A DNA stretch of 38,873 bases from an uncultured bacterium (GTDB lineage: Bacteria; Chlamydiota; Chlamydiia; Chlamydiales; SM23-39): NCBI GenBank assembly GCA_964405125.1, contig CAYOMT010000001.1, positions 1 to 38,873 of the forward strand, written 5' to 3'. The notes beneath the pieces are model-generated. The model saw only the letters and a list, made by a program, of their open reading frames with translations. It had not been told where the DNA came from and searched no databases. The position numbers were made by a program, and so were the translations under genes. Positions within the stretch are counted from its first letter, which is position 1, and the number at the start of each line of letters is the position of its first letter. Below, piece by piece: positions 8,133 to 17,073 of the stretch.

Positions 8133-8855
8133 TTAAGAAAATTCACGGGTTTTCGATTTCCAAAGCAAATCTCTTGCAAATAACCGATTCAACCTCTCGG
8201 GCAGTTTTTGAGATACGGGAAGAAAAGGGAGTACTTTGCCTTGCAGAGGAATAATGTTTACATCGCAAAAATTGACTTCGAGGGTCTTTTTTAAACGATG
8301 AAAAGAAAACTGGCGCACATGCGTGGGATCGGTTTCATACTCATGCCCAAATAAAAATTTCCATCGATTGCGCATTCGAAATGCGTTCGGCACAGATCCA
8401 ATAAAAAGCCCACCCGGCTTTAGGGTCTTTTTTACGCGGTCAAAAAACGCGTCGATAAAAAAAAGATGCTCCACAATCTCGCAGGCGACAATCACATCAA
8501 ATGATTCTGGAGGAAAAGGCCACTCGCTGTTTAAATCAACCCAGCAAGTTTCAATCGAAAGCTTTTGCTCGACAAGATGGAGCGCTTTGCGATCAATATC
8601 CGCCCCGATGACCTGATTGCCTTCTACATAAAATGCAGTCAGCATCCCATCTCTGCAACCCAAATCCAAGACTCTTTTTCCCTGCCCAATCCATTGTTTC
8701 AAATACTCTCCTCGAGATCCGTGGCAATAGAGATATCCGTAGCGCTTTCCCCTTTCGTGGTGCTTCCGATAGACAGATTCCAACTCATTTTTAAGCATAT
8801 TACTGGGGGTGATTATTTCACGAACGGGATATTGATTACGAGCGAATTTTTGCAT
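8133..8855 (-). CDS. Class I SAM-dependent methyltransferase
   Basis: RVLDLGCRDGMLT (motif I), VIGADID (acidic loop), FDVIVACEIVEHL, PGGLFIGSVPN. ATG at 8853-8855; the track start 8858 is a TTG one codon upstream. Confidence 0.8.
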   Translation of the reverse strand: MQKFARNQYPVREIITPSNMLKNELESVYRKHHERGKRYGYLYCHGSRGEYLKQWIGQGKRVLDLGCRDGMLTAFYVEGNQVIGADIDRKALHLVEQKLSIETCWVDLNSEWPFPPESFDVIVACEIVEHLFFIDAFFDRVKKTLKPGGLFIGSVPNAFRMRNRWKFLFGHEYETDPTHVRQFSFHRLKKTLEVNFCDVNIIPLQGKVLPFLPVSQKLPERLNRLFARDLLWKSKTREFS

Positions 8856-8904
8856 CAAGAAAGATGTAGTCGATTAAATAAAGGGTTTGCTAATCTCAGC
8901 GCAG

Positions 8905-9510
8905 ATGGCGCAAAAATATCCAACAGAACTCGTTTCTCTCATAAATCATCTGAAAAAATTGCCTGGAGTCGGAACCCGTACTGCAGAAAGATTTGCCTTT
9001 GAATTTTTAAACTGGCCCAAAGACCAGCTCGTTTTATTTGCTGAAACAGTGGAAGGCGTCAAGGAGAAAATTCCTCCCTGCAAAATTTGCGGATGCTTAA
9101 CAGACGAGGGCCTTTGCAAATTCTGCGATCTATCAACGAGAAACCATGGGCAACTCTGCTTACTTGCCTCGCCCCGCGATGTATTTTCCATTGAAGAAAC
9201 CAAATCATACAAAGGGCTTTACCACGTCGTCGAACACCTCCTCTCCCCTCTCGACGGCCGCCATGCAAAAGGACTTCGAATAGACAAAATAAAAAATAGA
9301 ATCGAGCAACATAAAATCACAGAAATCATCCTTGCCTTTGATTCTACTTTAGAAGGAGACTCTACAGCGCTTTATCTCAAAAATGAACTCTCTCAAATCG
9401 CTCCGCTATCGATTTCCCGTCTAGCTTTTGGGCTTCCCGTGGGCAGCAGCCTCGAATACATTGACGAAGGCACTCTCACGAGAGCATTTAGAGATCGTCA
9501 AACTTTTTGA
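8905..9510 (+). CDS. recR: Recombination protein RecR
   Basis: LKKLPGVGTRTAERFAF (HhH), Cys4 zinc finger CKICGCLTDEGLCKFC, and a Toprim region ending EGDSTALYL. ATG at 8905; the track start 8887 is a TTG. Confidence 0.92.
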   Translation: MAQKYPTELVSLINHLKKLPGVGTRTAERFAFEFLNWPKDQLVLFAETVEGVKEKIPPCKICGCLTDEGLCKFCDLSTRNHGQLCLLASPRDVFSIEETKSYKGLYHVVEHLLSPLDGRHAKGLRIDKIKNRIEQHKITEIILAFDSTLEGDSTALYLKNELSQIAPLSISRLAFGLPVGSSLEYIDEGTLTRAFRDRQTF

Positions 9511-9561
9511 CTTAATGAACGAAGTATCTTATAATCGAACCTCACCTACGTAGAACACGGC

Positions 9562-12006
9562 ATGAACAACTACAAACTCTCTTCCCGCATTCTTTTGGCC
9601 ATTCTCTTTTCGTGTGCTACAGCGCCGCTTGTCGGATCTGAATTCTACGACGAGAAAAAAGTATCCCACATCGAGATTGTCGTCGACAATCCGGGAGACT
9701 CGCACATAGATCCCCGCCCTATTTTAGCGCGGATGAAAACTCAGGAAGGGGATAATTTTTCCCAACTGACATTCGACAGCGACCTCAAAAATCTAGCAGA
9801 AGACTACGACCACGTCGACCCTTCTGTAAAACTCCAAGATGGCCAAGTCTCCATTGTGATCCACGTCTCGCCAAAACCAACGATCCATCGGATTCAATGG
9901 ATTGGCAATGAACAGATCAAGACATCGACTCTCCAAAAAGAACTCGATATCAAACCCAACACGACCTTCAATAGACAGTCCTTCAATAAAGCCTTCAACA
10001 AAGTCAAAGAATACTACTTTAAAAAAGGGTATTTCGAATCGCAGCTTTCTTATTCGATCCGGCCGATCTTCAACTCCTCGGAAATCGATATCTGCATTGA
10101 AGTGCAAGAAGGGCGCCCGGGCCATATCAAGAAAATCATCCTGAATGGCTTCACAAAAAGCGAAAAATCAGATCTCGAAGAGCAGATGTACTTGAAAAAG
10201 TACAACTTCTTAACCAGTTGGATTACAGGGACAGGAACATACCGGGACGAAGTCTTAGAACAAGATAAGATGACGATCCTCAACTATCTCCACAACAAAG
10301 GGTATGCGGATGCAAGAGTCGATATCCACTTGGATGAAGATCCTGAAAGCGGGAAGCTCATCGTGGAAATCACAGCGCACCGAGGTCAATTGTTCCATTT
10401 CGGATGCATCCACTTTTCCGGGAACACCCTCCTTTCGAATGAAGAGCTCGCGAAACGATCCCTCATTGCCGAAGGGGCCCCCTTTTCTCCCGAAAAAGTC
10501 CGAGATACGGCGCAAGCCATTAAAGATCTCTACGGACAAAAAGGATATATCGATGCAAGCGTCCAGCACGAAACGATCCTCAAAGAAAACGAGCCTGTCT
10601 TCGATGTCGACTTCTTCATCGACGAAGGACAACAATACAAAGTGGGCCTTGTCCATATTTTTGGAAATACTTCGACCCACAATAACGTGATTTTAAGAGA
10701 GTCTCTTCTCGTCCCGGGAGAGACATTTGATTCCCGAAAACTCAAAGCCACCCAAAAAAGACTCGAAGCGATCGGCTATTTCAAGAGCGTCAATGTCTAT
10801 GCCGTAAGAACAGCGGACGATGCAGAACTCGGAGAAAGCTACAGAGACGTATACATCGAAGTCGAAGAGACAACCACAGGAAACGTCAGCCTATTTATGG
10901 GATTTAGTTCCACAGATAGCGTATTCGGCGGTCTCGATCTGACAGAAAGGAACTTCAATATCCGCGGACTGCCGAGAGCCCTTTGCGGATATATCTCCGA
11001 CCTTAGAGGCGGCGGGGAATTTTTCCATGTTCGAGGGACCCTTGGAAAAGCCCAAAGCAGCGTCCTCATCTCCTGGATGAACCCTTATGTTTACGATACG
11101 CTTTGGAGATTCGGGGTAGAGCTAAGCCGTTCCTGGAGCGAACTGCAAGACGACATCAAAGTGATCACATACGGCGGATCTGTTTATACAAATTATCCTC
11201 TCTCCAATTATTGGACAGCGGGAATGCGCCAGAGAATCCGCCACGGAAAAGACAGCCTTTCTATCCATCCTGTCGATCCTTCTGCTATAGCCGCCGCTTC
11301 CGCCGCAAAAGTCAAAAGGCAATTGGCCCAAGACGGCCTGATTTCTGCATTCAGCGGGAATGTGAGCTACGACTCCACAGATAACGTCGTCAAACCGCAT
11401 CGCGGCTGGCGCTCTTACCTGGAAGCCGAAGTGGTGGGCGTGGGAGGCAGTTACACTTTCCTTAAATTCAGCTACCTCAACTCTATCTACTGGTCTTTGT
11501 GGTCGAAGGGAACGCTCAAACTCCGCGGCGATTTCAAATATATCGTCCCCTTTGGAAGCACAACCCGCTATACAGTTCCTTATAGCGAAAGATTTCTCCT
11601 GGGCGGCGAGGGCACTGTCCGCGGATATAAACCCTTTCTTTTGGGGCCTGTCGTAAGACTCCAGAACGCAAATGGGGGCTATAACGACACAGACACTCCT
11701 TACGGAGGCCTTTCCTCGTCGATGATGTCCTTAGAATACAACCAAGAAATTTTTCGGATGCTCGATATCTTTACCTTTGTCGATGTGGGCAGCGTAGAAT
11801 TCGCATCCTTTAAAATCAGTCAAATCAGACCGACCACGGGGATCGGACTTAGGATTGACATTGGAAATAGAACCCCGATTGTGGTGGGATATGGCATTCC
11901 TTTAGTCAAGAAAGATCGCGTTGGCAGGTTAAAACACGATGGTTCGCACGATCGGCATGAAAGCAAGTGGCAAAAAGTCTTCTTTTCCATGGGCGGACAA
12001 TTCTAA
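9562..12006 (+). CDS. bamA: Outer membrane protein assembly factor BamA (Omp85/YaeT)
   Basis: 814 aa with a signal peptide (LLAILFSCATAPLVG). A repeated POTRA-like N-terminal region (e.g. I..I...GN......L) precedes a C-terminal beta-barrel with RFLLGGEGTVRGY that ends in ...FFSMGGQF (terminal Phe). It sits between recR and ompH-lpxD. Confidence 0.92.
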   Translation: MNNYKLSSRILLAILFSCATAPLVGSEFYDEKKVSHIEIVVDNPGDSHIDPRPILARMKTQEGDNFSQLTFDSDLKNLAEDYDHVDPSVKLQDGQVSIVIHVSPKPTIHRIQWIGNEQIKTSTLQKELDIKPNTTFNRQSFNKAFNKVKEYYFKKGYFESQLSYSIRPIFNSSEIDICIEVQEGRPGHIKKIILNGFTKSEKSDLEEQMYLKKYNFLTSWITGTGTYRDEVLEQDKMTILNYLHNKGYADARVDIHLDEDPESGKLIVEITAHRGQLFHFGCIHFSGNTLLSNEELAKRSLIAEGAPFSPEKVRDTAQAIKDLYGQKGYIDASVQHETILKENEPVFDVDFFIDEGQQYKVGLVHIFGNTSTHNNVILRESLLVPGETFDSRKLKATQKRLEAIGYFKSVNVYAVRTADDAELGESYRDVYIEVEETTTGNVSLFMGFSSTDSVFGGLDLTERNFNIRGLPRALCGYISDLRGGGEFFHVRGTLGKAQSSVLISWMNPYVYDTLWRFGVELSRSWSELQDDIKVITYGGSVYTNYPLSNYWTAGMRQRIRHGKDSLSIHPVDPSAIAAASAAKVKRQLAQDGLISAFSGNVSYDSTDNVVKPHRGWRSYLEAEVVGVGGSYTFLKFSYLNSIYWSLWSKGTLKLRGDFKYIVPFGSTTRYTVPYSERFLLGGEGTVRGYKPFLLGPVVRLQNANGGYNDTDTPYGGLSSSMMSLEYNQEIFRMLDIFTFVDVGSVEFASFKISQIRPTTGIGLRIDIGNRTPIVVGYGIPLVKKDRVGRLKHDGSHDRHESKWQKVFFSMGGQF

Positions 12007-12105
12007 AAAAGGGAATTTATTGAAAAAAAGGCTGCATTCATAGACAATGATTGCAGTAGATTACGGCCCTATCCAGGGAATCAATATCAACTTTTAGGAG
12101 AATGT

Positions 12106-12705
12106 ATGGTTAAAAATTTCTTTTCAGCAGCTTTATCAACAGTTCTTATCGCGGGATCTTCTATCGCTGCAGAAAATGTCGTGACTGGCGTTGTGAACTT
12201 CACCACATGCATCACAGATTCTAAGCACGGGAAAAAAGAGCAAGAAAACTTCGAATCGCTGCGCAAGCAAATGTCTTCGATGATTGAGAATACAGAAACG
12301 CAGCTCAAAGAAATCTCTTCTAAATTTGAAGATACAGAGTATCTCGACAGCCTCTCTCCGAAAGCGGAAGAAGAGCTCAAAATTAAATTTCAAACTCTCC
12401 AAGAGGAATTGAATAGATACCAAAATCAATTCTATCAAGTCCTCAACCATGCCAACCATCAGATGGTGCAAAAGATTAGCAGCTCTATTTCTGTTGCCTC
12501 TAAGCAAGTGGCTGAAAAAAATCGGCTCGACTACGTGATCAATAAAGAGGCATGTTTTTACATCCGTCCGGATCTCGATGTGACAACACAAGTGATCTCT
12601 GAAATGGACAAAAAATATGATCTCGACGTGCAGTCCAAGAAAATCTCCGACAACAGCGAAATGGGTGAAACACAGCTCGACGAAATCCCCACTCGAGCAG
12701 GTTAA
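12106..12705 (+). CDS. ompH: OmpH/Skp-like periplasmic chaperone
   Basis: 199 aa with a signal peptide (ALSTVLIAGSSIAAE) and a K/E/Q-rich coiled-coil body. It has the canonical position between bamA and lpxD. AGGAG lies upstream of the ATG. Confidence 0.8.
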   Translation: MVKNFFSAALSTVLIAGSSIAAENVVTGVVNFTTCITDSKHGKKEQENFESLRKQMSSMIENTETQLKEISSKFEDTEYLDSLSPKAEEELKIKFQTLQEELNRYQNQFYQVLNHANHQMVQKISSSISVASKQVAEKNRLDYVINKEACFYIRPDLDVTTQVISEMDKKYDLDVQSKKISDNSEMGETQLDEIPTRAG

Positions 12706-13739
12706 TGCCTGATTATACTTTATCAGAATTGGCGGCAAGAACTGCCGCCACTTTAATAGGCAATCCAAACGCTGTCATCTCCGGTGTAGATACATTGGAT
12801 GAAGCGTCATCAGAAGATATTTCTTTCCTTGCAAACCCGAAATATTCCGAGGCGATGAAAAAATCTTCGGCGGGAGCCATTTGCATCGACCCGTCAACCT
12901 CTCGAATGGAAGACAAGAACTACCTTGTTTCAGAAAGTCCCTCGAGAACATTTCAAATGATTGTAGAGCTTTTGCTATCTACCTCATCGAAATCGGGATT
13001 TACAGGCATTCACCCGACAGCGGTGATCCATCCGAGTTCTACCATCCATCCAACAGCCCATATCGGTCCCTACGCCGTGATTGACAAGGACTGCAAAATT
13101 GGAGAAAACACAAAGATCTCCGCGCACGTATCGATCGGATACGGAGTAGAAATTGGGAGTGATTGCTTTCTCCACCCCTCTTGCATAGTGCGCGAAAAAT
13201 GCATCCTGAAAAACAGAGTGATCCTGCAGCCTGGCGCTGTGATTGGGTCCTGTGGATTTGGATATGTAATGGATCAAAAAGGGACGCACCAAAAACTCGA
13301 GCAGCTAGGGACAGTGATTTTAGAAGACGACGTAGAAATTGGGGCCAACACAACCATCGACAGGTCCCGTTTTAAAGCGACGATTGTCCGTAGAGGAAGC
13401 AAGATCGACAATCTCTGCCAAATTGCCCACAACGTCGAGATTGGCGAAGATAATGTGATCGCCGCGCAGACCGGAATTGCCGGATCTGCGAAAACAGGCA
13501 AACACGTCATGCTAGGCGGGCAAGTTGGGATCTTGGGCCATATTATTTTAGATGACAGAGTGAAGATTGCGACGCGCGGAGGCGCATCGAAGTCTTTGAA
13601 GGAAGGAGTGTACCGAGGCAGTCCGGCGATTCCCATCCAAGAATACAATCGGCAAGAAGTCCTTCTTCGCAAAATCGAAAGCTACGCCAAAAGAATCCAA
13701 GAGCTTGAAAAAAAAGTAAACCAGCTCTTGCCTCAGTAA
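12705..13739 (+). CDS. lpxD: UDP-3-O-acylglucosamine N-acyltransferase LpxD
   Basis: 344 aa. An N-terminal LpxD-type domain is followed by hexapeptide-repeat left-handed beta-helix (IHPTAVIHPSSTIHPTAHIGPYAVI; GEDNVIAAQTGIAGSAKTG) and a C-terminal helix. The start overlaps the ompH stop (TAATG). Confidence 0.92.
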   Translation: MPDYTLSELAARTAATLIGNPNAVISGVDTLDEASSEDISFLANPKYSEAMKKSSAGAICIDPSTSRMEDKNYLVSESPSRTFQMIVELLLSTSSKSGFTGIHPTAVIHPSSTIHPTAHIGPYAVIDKDCKIGENTKISAHVSIGYGVEIGSDCFLHPSCIVREKCILKNRVILQPGAVIGSCGFGYVMDQKGTHQKLEQLGTVILEDDVEIGANTTIDRSRFKATIVRRGSKIDNLCQIAHNVEIGEDNVIAAQTGIAGSAKTGKHVMLGGQVGILGHIILDDRVKIATRGGASKSLKEGVYRGSPAIPIQEYNRQEVLLRKIESYAKRIQELEKKVNQLLPQ

Positions 13740-13753
13740 TCATCGACGACTGA

Positions 13754-16114
13754 TCAGTTCAGCTGATGGATTTCCTGAATGCATCGCACATAGGTATCGA
13801 TCTGGGCGGGATCCAGTCCCAGCGTCAATCGGATCGTCGAACAATCTTCTGCAAAAAGAACTCCAAAATTAGGATGGTAGAAGCCAAAACTCCTCCGATA
13901 AAAAATCGGAAACCCTTCTTGCATCGATCGCAAATAAAGACACCCCCCGACAATCGCAGATGCCCGAATTTTATGGAACGGACCTGAGACTTTAATGTCT
14001 ATAAACGAAGGATCGACATCCTCTGCGACAGGAACAATCCGGTATCTCCTCTTTGCATCAAACAATTCTTTCGGAACTCTTCCGAGCAGCTCTCTTGTAT
14101 TTTGAAAAATCTGCTTTCGATACAAATCCAATTCCAGATAAGCGTTTTGAAAGCTAAGACAAAACCATTGGAGGCTTAAAGGATCTGTTCTCAAAGCCGG
14201 ATCTTCAAGCAAAGCATCGAAATGGGACCAGTAAGGGTTCTTAGCATGGATGGCAAAATAGGGAGCTCCGCTATAATTATCCATTCCAAAAAGATCAAAT
14301 TTTAACCCGCTCCGATAGCACACGACATTCAAAATCCCTTCTTGAATTTCCTCTTGAAACTCTTCGAGAAGATCTTTAATTCGCGAAGAATCAAGAAAAT
14401 CAATCGTCGCATCCAACGCAACTGTCAGCCTTTTTGTCTTTTGCTTGCCTAAAGATCTCCTAATATTCTCGCAAACCCTCTCCACTTGATATTCCAGATG
14501 CTCGGGATTATCTCGTCGCAAAACAGGGTTAAATTGCATGAGTAAAAGATCCGCCTCCTCCCAATCGAGATCTGTGGCCTCTTCCTCCGAACAAGCAAGT
14601 GTTGCTTGCTTAGCAAGATGGATACACTCAAAATAAGAATTCATCCCATAAATCACTCGGGGCGCTTTCCCAACTGTTTTCTTTGCCGCTTTAAAAATCC
14701 CGGATAATCCCGTCATTCCCGATGCAAAAAGACTATAAGAGCTCAAAGGCCTTAAAGATTCTGGAAAAGATAAAACATCCGCGTAAATTCTTGAAAAATC
14801 CTCAAAATCAAAGGGAGAAAAAATCTCCAAAAGAGGCAAAACATGCAGATATATTTGTTCGACAAGCGCTGCAATTTCAAAAAATGAACACGTCTCTTGA
14901 CTTTTTTTCAGTTTAGCAAGGCATTCGAGAATATTTTCCATCGACATTTGCGCGGCAAGCCGCCTGGTTGGGCATAAAATCTCTCCCATAAAATCGGGAA
15001 GAGAATAAAGAATAGAGAGCATCCCCTCGATCATCACGGAGACATCCTCTCTTTCTATATGATTTATTTCTCCCCACCGACGAATAGATTCTGCAAAAGC
15101 ATCGATTTTAAGATTGGGCAGTACACGAGATCCAATCTTCCGAAAATTTAAATCCTCCGGCAGCCGATCCAGCTCTACAAGACTTGCTGTAAACCCGCCT
15201 GTTGAAACCCAAGCAAGCAGCGCTGCATCCTCTTTTTTTAAACAGATTGCATCGTCCAAAGGCAAAATACGCACCCCTCCGATTCCATTTTGCTCCACTC
15301 GCTGAATACAAAGAAGACGCTCTAAAGGGATGTTGTTTTCTTTGCATTGTTTCCGAAGAGCCATTCGATGCATTTCCCACAACTCGAGCCACTCGGATGG
15401 ATCTAAGCTTCGGCTTGGGAAAAGTTCGGTTACATCGACAACTCGACGTTCCGGATCTATCTCAATATATTCGAAAAAGTTGCAAGGCCGCGTTAAAATC
15501 AGAGGATAGGAAGAAGGATGCGGCAACACCTTTTTCCAGGCAGACATCCGATTCTCATAGACCTTCGAAAAATGGGTGAATGGATCTCTTGCGTAACTAT
15601 TTCTTGTGCTAGGGGAGACTTGGACATGAACCCCGAAACAAGGAGCCATCAGATTCACTTCAGAAGAAAAAAAACCATTGGCTTTTGCAAGCCACCTCTT
15701 TTCTAAAAAGGAAAGAAAAGCCGCCTGATCTTCTGTCTCTTTCGGAATCTGAGAAAGACGAAATCGATTCTCATCCCACGAATGGTGGGTCTTGGGGATC
15801 CATCCCCCCTCACAAGATCGAACCCAAGAAGAAGGAGCCTCCATCATCTGCTGGAAAACAATTTGAGAAGAAGAAAAACAAAGTCCGCTTAAAAATCGAC
15901 AATCCTTCAAATGGGCTTCATCCCATCCAATCAAAGAGCCCATGTGGGCCAGGAAAGACCCCATTCCAAGCGCTACACCTAAGCCGAAATATACAATCCG
16001 ATCCACCATCGAATGGAATATATTCACAAGATCTATCCGATCCCTCCAGATCTCCCCATAAGATGTCTTAAAGTGAAGGGCAAGAAAGAAGGAACCTAAA
16101 AAACCACAGGCCAA
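13754..16114 (-). CDS. Large orphan protein (786 aa): N-terminal hydrophobic segments, an unknown central region, and a C-terminal domain with a Cys/Met-metabolism PLP-enzyme-like motif series
   Basis: Long uninterrupted ORF. The track start is a TTG without an obvious SD, so the real start may be an internal ATG (aa 36, 51 or 58). Hydrophobic stretches are ACGFLGSFFLAL and IVYFGLGVALGMGSFLAHMGSLIGW. C-terminal motifs are listed under findings. The product call is inference. Confidence 0.6.
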   Translation of the reverse strand: MACGFLGSFFLALHFKTSYGEIWRDRIDLVNIFHSMVDRIVYFGLGVALGMGSFLAHMGSLIGWDEAHLKDCRFLSGLCFSSSQIVFQQMMEAPSSWVRSCEGGWIPKTHHSWDENRFRLSQIPKETEDQAAFLSFLEKRWLAKANGFFSSEVNLMAPCFGVHVQVSPSTRNSYARDPFTHFSKVYENRMSAWKKVLPHPSSYPLILTRPCNFFEYIEIDPERRVVDVTELFPSRSLDPSEWLELWEMHRMALRKQCKENNIPLERLLCIQRVEQNGIGGVRILPLDDAICLKKEDAALLAWVSTGGFTASLVELDRLPEDLNFRKIGSRVLPNLKIDAFAESIRRWGEINHIEREDVSVMIEGMLSILYSLPDFMGEILCPTRRLAAQMSMENILECLAKLKKSQETCSFFEIAALVEQIYLHVLPLLEIFSPFDFEDFSRIYADVLSFPESLRPLSSYSLFASGMTGLSGIFKAAKKTVGKAPRVIYGMNSYFECIHLAKQATLACSEEEATDLDWEEADLLLMQFNPVLRRDNPEHLEYQVERVCENIRRSLGKQKTKRLTVALDATIDFLDSSRIKDLLEEFQEEIQEGILNVVCYRSGLKFDLFGMDNYSGAPYFAIHAKNPYWSHFDALLEDPALRTDPLSLQWFCLSFQNAYLELDLYRKQIFQNTRELLGRVPKELFDAKRRYRIVPVAEDVDPSFIDIKVSGPFHKIRASAIVGGCLYLRSMQEGFPIFYRRSFGFYHPNFGVLFAEDCSTIRLTLGLDPAQIDTYVRCIQEIHQLN

Positions 16115-16140
16115 ACCAAGGATTCGCTTGATGGATATAC

Positions 16141-17073
16141 CTATTTTGTTCGCGCCTTTGTTGGAGTGCCAAAATGAAACATCGGGTTATCCGGATCTAA
16201 GCGCTTTGTATGGTAATAGGCCGCTTTATGTTCTCCTTCCCTCAACCGATTGTGAGTGAAAAACATCGCTCTTCTCGAAGAAGAACTCCGATTGGGCTCG
16301 GAATAATGGGGCACATAGGAATTGAAAAACACCACATCGCCTGGCTCGGCTTCAATCGGGATCCACGTAATTTTCTCCGACAATTCCGGTTGAATCGATC
16401 CATGAGCGCTCCCTCCTACGACATAAGGAAGGACGGCGGATCCCTTTTCGAGCAATTCAGCATCTACATCCTCGGCAAATGTTTCTTTCCAATTTTTCGC
16501 AATCTGAAGACACCCATTTTCTATCGTAGCAGTATCAATGCAAACCATGGCAGTGATATGTTCGCGAGGCCCAAAAAATTCAAAGGCAGGAAAATCTTGG
16601 TGCGGAGGAAAGGCTCCTCCCCCAGGCCATTTAAAATTGATTTTATCTTTGAAAAGAACATAAGGCTCCCCCAAAAAAGAACTGAGGTAAGTTGTCAAAG
16701 TTCCATAGACAAAATGATCCAAATCGGGATAACAAGCCAATAAATCTTCTGCTCGGCATACCTTCAAAGGATCTTTCGCTTCGGGAACCACAATCAAAGC
16801 CCCGGGCAAGCTCTGTGCAAACTCCTGCAGAGAAATCCCCGTTGTTTTGGAAAGAGAAAGCAAATGCAAAGAAGCTTCGTCGATAGCTTCAGACCAAGCC
16901 CTGAGGAGCATCACCTGCTCCGGAGAATAAAATCCTCGGACCCATAAGTATCCGTCCTTTTCAAAAAGAGCCTTCTGCGATTCCCAATGCGTCTGAGTTT
17001 GTTTCGGAGGAGGAAAATCTGCAAAAACAACCTGAACCACAAGAGAAAACACTAAAATTAAAACATGTTTCAT
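16141..17073 (-). CDS. PhyH-family Fe(II)/2-oxoglutarate-dependent dioxygenase with an N-terminal Sec-type signal peptide
   Basis: MKHVLILVFSLVVQVVFA|D signal, FEKDGYLWVRGFYSPEQV, WPGGGAFPPHQDFPAF (HxD), TATIENGCLQIA, EPGDVVFFNSYVPHYSEPNRSSSSRRAMFF (distal His and Arg). The ATG overlaps the upstream stop (ATGA). GGGAGA is a plausible SD. Confidence 0.85.
   Translation of the reverse strand: MKHVLILVFSLVVQVVFADFPPPKQTQTHWESQKALFEKDGYLWVRGFYSPEQVMLLRAWSEAIDEASLHLLSLSKTTGISLQEFAQSLPGALIVVPEAKDPLKVCRAEDLLACYPDLDHFVYGTLTTYLSSFLGEPYVLFKDKINFKWPGGGAFPPHQDFPAFEFFGPREHITAMVCIDTATIENGCLQIAKNWKETFAEDVDAELLEKGSAVLPYVVGGSAHGSIQPELSEKITWIPIEAEPGDVVFFNSYVPHYSEPNRSSSSRRAMFFTHNRLREGEHKAAYYHTKRLDPDNPMFHFGTPTKARTK

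Noticed and set aside
12136-12768. 210-aa minus-strand ORF antisense to ompH
   Set aside because: It lies entirely inside the well-supported ompH/lpxD coding region. Its sequence is low-complexity (L/F/R/H-rich) with no motif or SD. This is typical shadow ORF behaviour opposite a K/E-rich gene.
15922-16114. 786-aa protein as a chlamydial inclusion-membrane (Inc) protein
   Set aside because: There are two hydrophobic stretches near the N-terminus. They are separated by about 25 residues rather than forming the classic 40-60-aa bilobed domain, and the start codon is uncertain. The possibility cannot be excluded, but it is not called.
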